Assembly: GCA_964247055.1 (NCBI GenBank)
Contig: OZ176051.1
Span: forward strand, 8,184,001 to 8,248,000
Length of the DNA stretch: 64,000 bases
Direction of reading: 5' to 3'
Source of the DNA: Paragordius varius
Lineage: Eukaryota; Animalia; Nematomorpha
Shown here: piece after piece, positions 60,351-64,000 of the stretch
How positions within the stretch are numbered: position 1 is the stretch's first letter
How the letters are laid out: each line of letters opens with the position of its first letter
Made by a program: the position numbers and the translations under genes
The notes under the pieces: model-generated
Seen by the model: the letters and a program-made list of their open reading frames with translations, nothing else
Told to the model about the DNA's origin: nothing
The model's database searches: none

Positions 60351-63300
60351 TTCACAATAATAATAATTGGGAGGAGCGATGGCAATTTTGACCGATTATA
60401 TATTTCGCTAATGTTTTATCACCTGAAACGAAAAAGTTTTTCAGTGGCGTTCAAATAAGCTATTTGCTTAAAACAAGCCCAAAATAGATGGTGAGTGATA
60501 ATTTATGCATGATACCTCATTATAACATTAGAATAATTATTTTGCCCATGGAAAAAATTTAGGGTCAAACATTTTATTCAAGTTTTTATACTGGATAAGG
60601 CAAACTCACCAGCTTTCAGCCAAAAATTAAGACGTTAGATTTGAGCAATTAAAAAACTGATTATAATGTTAATCTGCTTTCAATGAATTATTAAAAAATT
60701 TTTATAACCGAAGAAATAAAATGGCCTATATTTATGATTTAAATAATAATAAAATTGTGTTCCGATAATTTTTGGGACTGTGTCCAAAACACAAAAAGTT
60801 TTTTTTGATAGTTTTAAAATAATAAATTGTTTTTTACACACTAGTTACACTTTATTTTTAATAACATGCCATAACCCGTTCAGTGTCCTAGATGCAAAAT
60901 TTCCATTTATGTTCATAAAAAAATTATATTGATTGCTATCAACTTGAACCCTAAAATTTTTTCCGTTTTCTGAAAGCTGGTGAGTTTCTCGGTCCTAAAA
61001 TATTGAAACTAGAATTCCAATTTGGTTCTAATGGGCATATTAGTTTTTAAAATTACCCTTTTCCTTTATAAATAAATTTTGGCGATTTCATTAAGATGTA
61101 CTTTATGCATTTACACCATTGCCACTGAAGATTTCTCTTGCCTCAAAATTTTCAAAAAAACTTCTTGCCACTACTTAAGTCTATGTAAAGTTTTAGCAAA
61201 CATATAATAAATTTTGAAAAATTTCATTTTTCATATTTAACAAAAACCAATAGCTCTTTACAAAACAAATTAATTAATTTTAATAATGTAACCCGAATAA
61301 AGTGTTATAAATCAGAATATTTTGATCATAGTAGACTTTCGAAATGCCTTATAAGTAATAACCGATCTCAATATTTTAAATAATTAATGCCAACAGTTCA
61401 TATATTATATATTTTGGAAAACCGAAAAAGTAAAATATAATAATTTTGGCCAAATTTAATAAAAAGATTATTTATTAATATAATTTTTCTTTCAAAAAGA
61501 ATATTTTAATACCATTATCTATTTTTTGAGTAATATACCACAAGGTATAAGGAAAAAATTAGTATTCTATTAACTAGTTGTACAACCTTCGTAATTTGCT
61601 GATATCAATTAATATTTTCATATCATAACCTTTATTAGTTGGATTGGACTTATTATAAATGCAAATGTCCAAGTAGGCTAAACAAAAAATTTTAAGGTCA
61701 AATTTAGATGTTATCAGTTCCTATTCTTTCAAAATATTTGATGAATATTTAACAATAAAATTTTATAAGGTACATAGCCAGCCGTTAAAAAGAAAATATA
61801 ACATGGTTTCTTAGTCATATATGGAAAAAATTTGTTATCAAATGTAACAAAACATTTTTATCGTTATCATAATTAAACAATTTTCAATCACAAGTCATAA
61901 ATTATTACATACATAGACTTGATAGGGTGTTGATATAGAAATAGAATTTATACGCCTGAATCTGTTAAACGTATAGCAAAATTAAATTAAATTAATTTTA
62001 TAAAATTGGATAAAGATTATAAATAATAACCTATGTGCATTTAAAGAAAACACAACAATGTTTTTTATTGTTATAAAATTATTGGTATATTTGGTTCTAA
62101 TATATAATAAAAAAATCTAAACACCAAAACTATTATGGTCAAAATGATATCAGTTGTATGATTTAAATTTATTTAAGGTTTTTCCTCCAATTTTTCGCAC
62201 TGAATGTCCAATAAACTCATCTAAAAATGTTCGATAATCCATTAAAGTCATACAATGTCCATAAGTTATTCGCAGTATAGGTCGGCATTTCATTACTTTT
62301 GGGTGCCAAATTTTTTAAATAGCAAATGACCAAAATGTTATCAGCATTAATGATTATAATACGGGATATGAAATAACTTCAAAATATCTACAAATTAATT
62401 ACTAAACAGTATTATGAAACAATTTTAGGTCCCTATGATAATCAATCATATCTTGATGTTATAAACAGGATGATTGCGTTAACTTATATATTTTCCAAGC
62501 ATGATTTATTCTAAGACGCTGAAATAATAGATAAATATTGCTACGCATGAATAAAAATTCTCTCCTATATCAAAATTTTTAAATTTTAAATTCCGTAAGT
62601 TTTGGGTAAAAGATATTCAAAACGAAAATAATAAATAATTAACTTTTTATAAATGTTGGAGAAGGTATTTTTATGAAATATAATTTGGGGTTGTTTATAA
62701 ACAACTCATCCTAAATATTCACCTTTATATTTCAAAGTTAAATGGAATCTTATATATATTTATTAGATAATCAATGAAAATACCTTGGTTGAATATTGAA
62801 TATAAAAAAATTTTTTTGCAAAAATGGTGGATAAAAAATATATAGTAATTTTACCTATGGTTAACACCCCGTGCGTAATTGTTTATCGCGTAAAATAATC
62901 GAAACTACTACGCTATTTTAAATATTAACTAGCATATAATAATAAAATTAACACTTTATAACCTTTTGGGGTAGTTTTATATCCCAGAGCGGTTGGAAAT
63001 TTAAATACTTTATTAGGTATTTTAGGTAGTAAAATATGCTTTTTAGCCATTTGGAATCATTAAATAGAATTTAAAAATGTAAAATCGTAAAAAATCATCA
63101 TCTAAAACTTTATCGCAGCCATTTTTATCTTATTTTTCTAAATCGTTAATGCAACAGGCAAATAGATGTATATTATGGTTAGAAAATGTGAATAATTAAC
63201 CTTTAAAAGCTTTCAGGCTACATTTTACCAGCAAAAAACAGCTGTTCATTTCAGCCGTGTTTTGGAGTACTCCCAATTTTAGATTCTAAAAGTAAATAAT

Positions 63301-63460
63301 GTAAGCTTTTTTTCTAATTTACAAGAAGAGGGTTTGAAACATAAATTTCCCCCAAAAAACTTTAAAACGTTAGTTTGTTACTATAAGCAATATCCAAATC
63401 TACCTCAAAATGTAATCGCATACAAAAAAATGAAAAGGTTATAAAGTGTTTAAGTTTTGT

Positions 63461-64000
63461 TAATATATATATATATTTATAAAAATATAAAGTGGTAACT
63501 TTGTGATCTGTTTCCGGAAAACCGTTAGACCTATTCAAATCCATCATTAATAAATGCCCCAACAATAGCTTCGCCCCTTTTTTGAATTAAGCCCCCAGTT
63601 CGGGCCCACCCCGTACAAAAAACGAGTTTATTAAAAAGAAGTCCACAATCGCGTCTTTGAGACATTTACTTATTTTCGATTGCGCCGAACATAGTCGGCT
63701 CGCTTTTTTAATTTAGGCCCTCTGTTTATCCGCTCCCCCCGTAAAATGCCACTTTTTTCAAAAAAAATAAGTCCACAAAAATAATTTTTTAAATCTATTT
63801 TTCGCCCATAGTATGAGACCGTAAAATTCAAAAGAATTCCAGGTATTTTCTGTTATAAGGCAAAATTTTTAGTCAAGCGTTTCTTTGATGATAGCCGCTG
63901 GGTAAGGAGATACCCGCTAAAAACTGACCTGTCATATCGAAATATAGTGCTTTTGGGGCTAAGTTTCAGAAAATCTATCAGGTCATTGAGTTCAATAACT
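63461..64000 (+). mobile_element. Second copy (5' part) of the Helitron at 5842, running off the window
   Basis: Colinear homology (ctttgtgatctgtttccggaaaacc, gcgccgaacatagtcggct, gggtaaggagatacc) and the start of the same tandem array. Confidence 0.85.

Noticed and set aside
62170-62380. GC-richer island with short minus-strand open frames
   Set aside because: Frames are interrupted and match no family I recognise; could be a transposase relic but unsupported.

Overview
Very AT-rich eukaryotic (animal, probably invertebrate) genomic DNA in the standard genetic code; no prokaryotic features. Four spliced or intronless genes could be reconstructed by hand with exon phases checked: an intronless class A GPCR (1708-3084 +), acyl-CoA-binding protein (18742-19054 -), a SUMO1-type gene (30096-32395 +) and a ceramide synthase (36355-43028 -). 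A 15-exon histidine decarboxylase with a very long C-terminal tail (48142-58013 -) was reconstructed the same way, and there is a less certain secreted prohormone-like gene (17297-18470 +). The standout feature is the splicing system. Seven frame-verified GT-AG introns are only 22-29 nt long, sit beside kb-long TE-filled introns in the same genes, and 5' splice sites mostly lack the canonical +5 G (4 of 29 have it). SUMO and ACBP are invisible in the ORF track because of these micro-introns. The rest is mostly non-autonomous transposons: piggyBac-like, hAT-like and TA-flanked MITEs, foldback/hairpin elements, two Helitron copies with an internal tandem array, four decayed RTE LINEs (three with TSDs), a mariner relic and a tRNA-derived SINE. 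A multi-element nested TE stack ends 66 bp before the SUMO start codon. The species cannot be named from the sequence alone. TE boundaries without TSDs are approximate.
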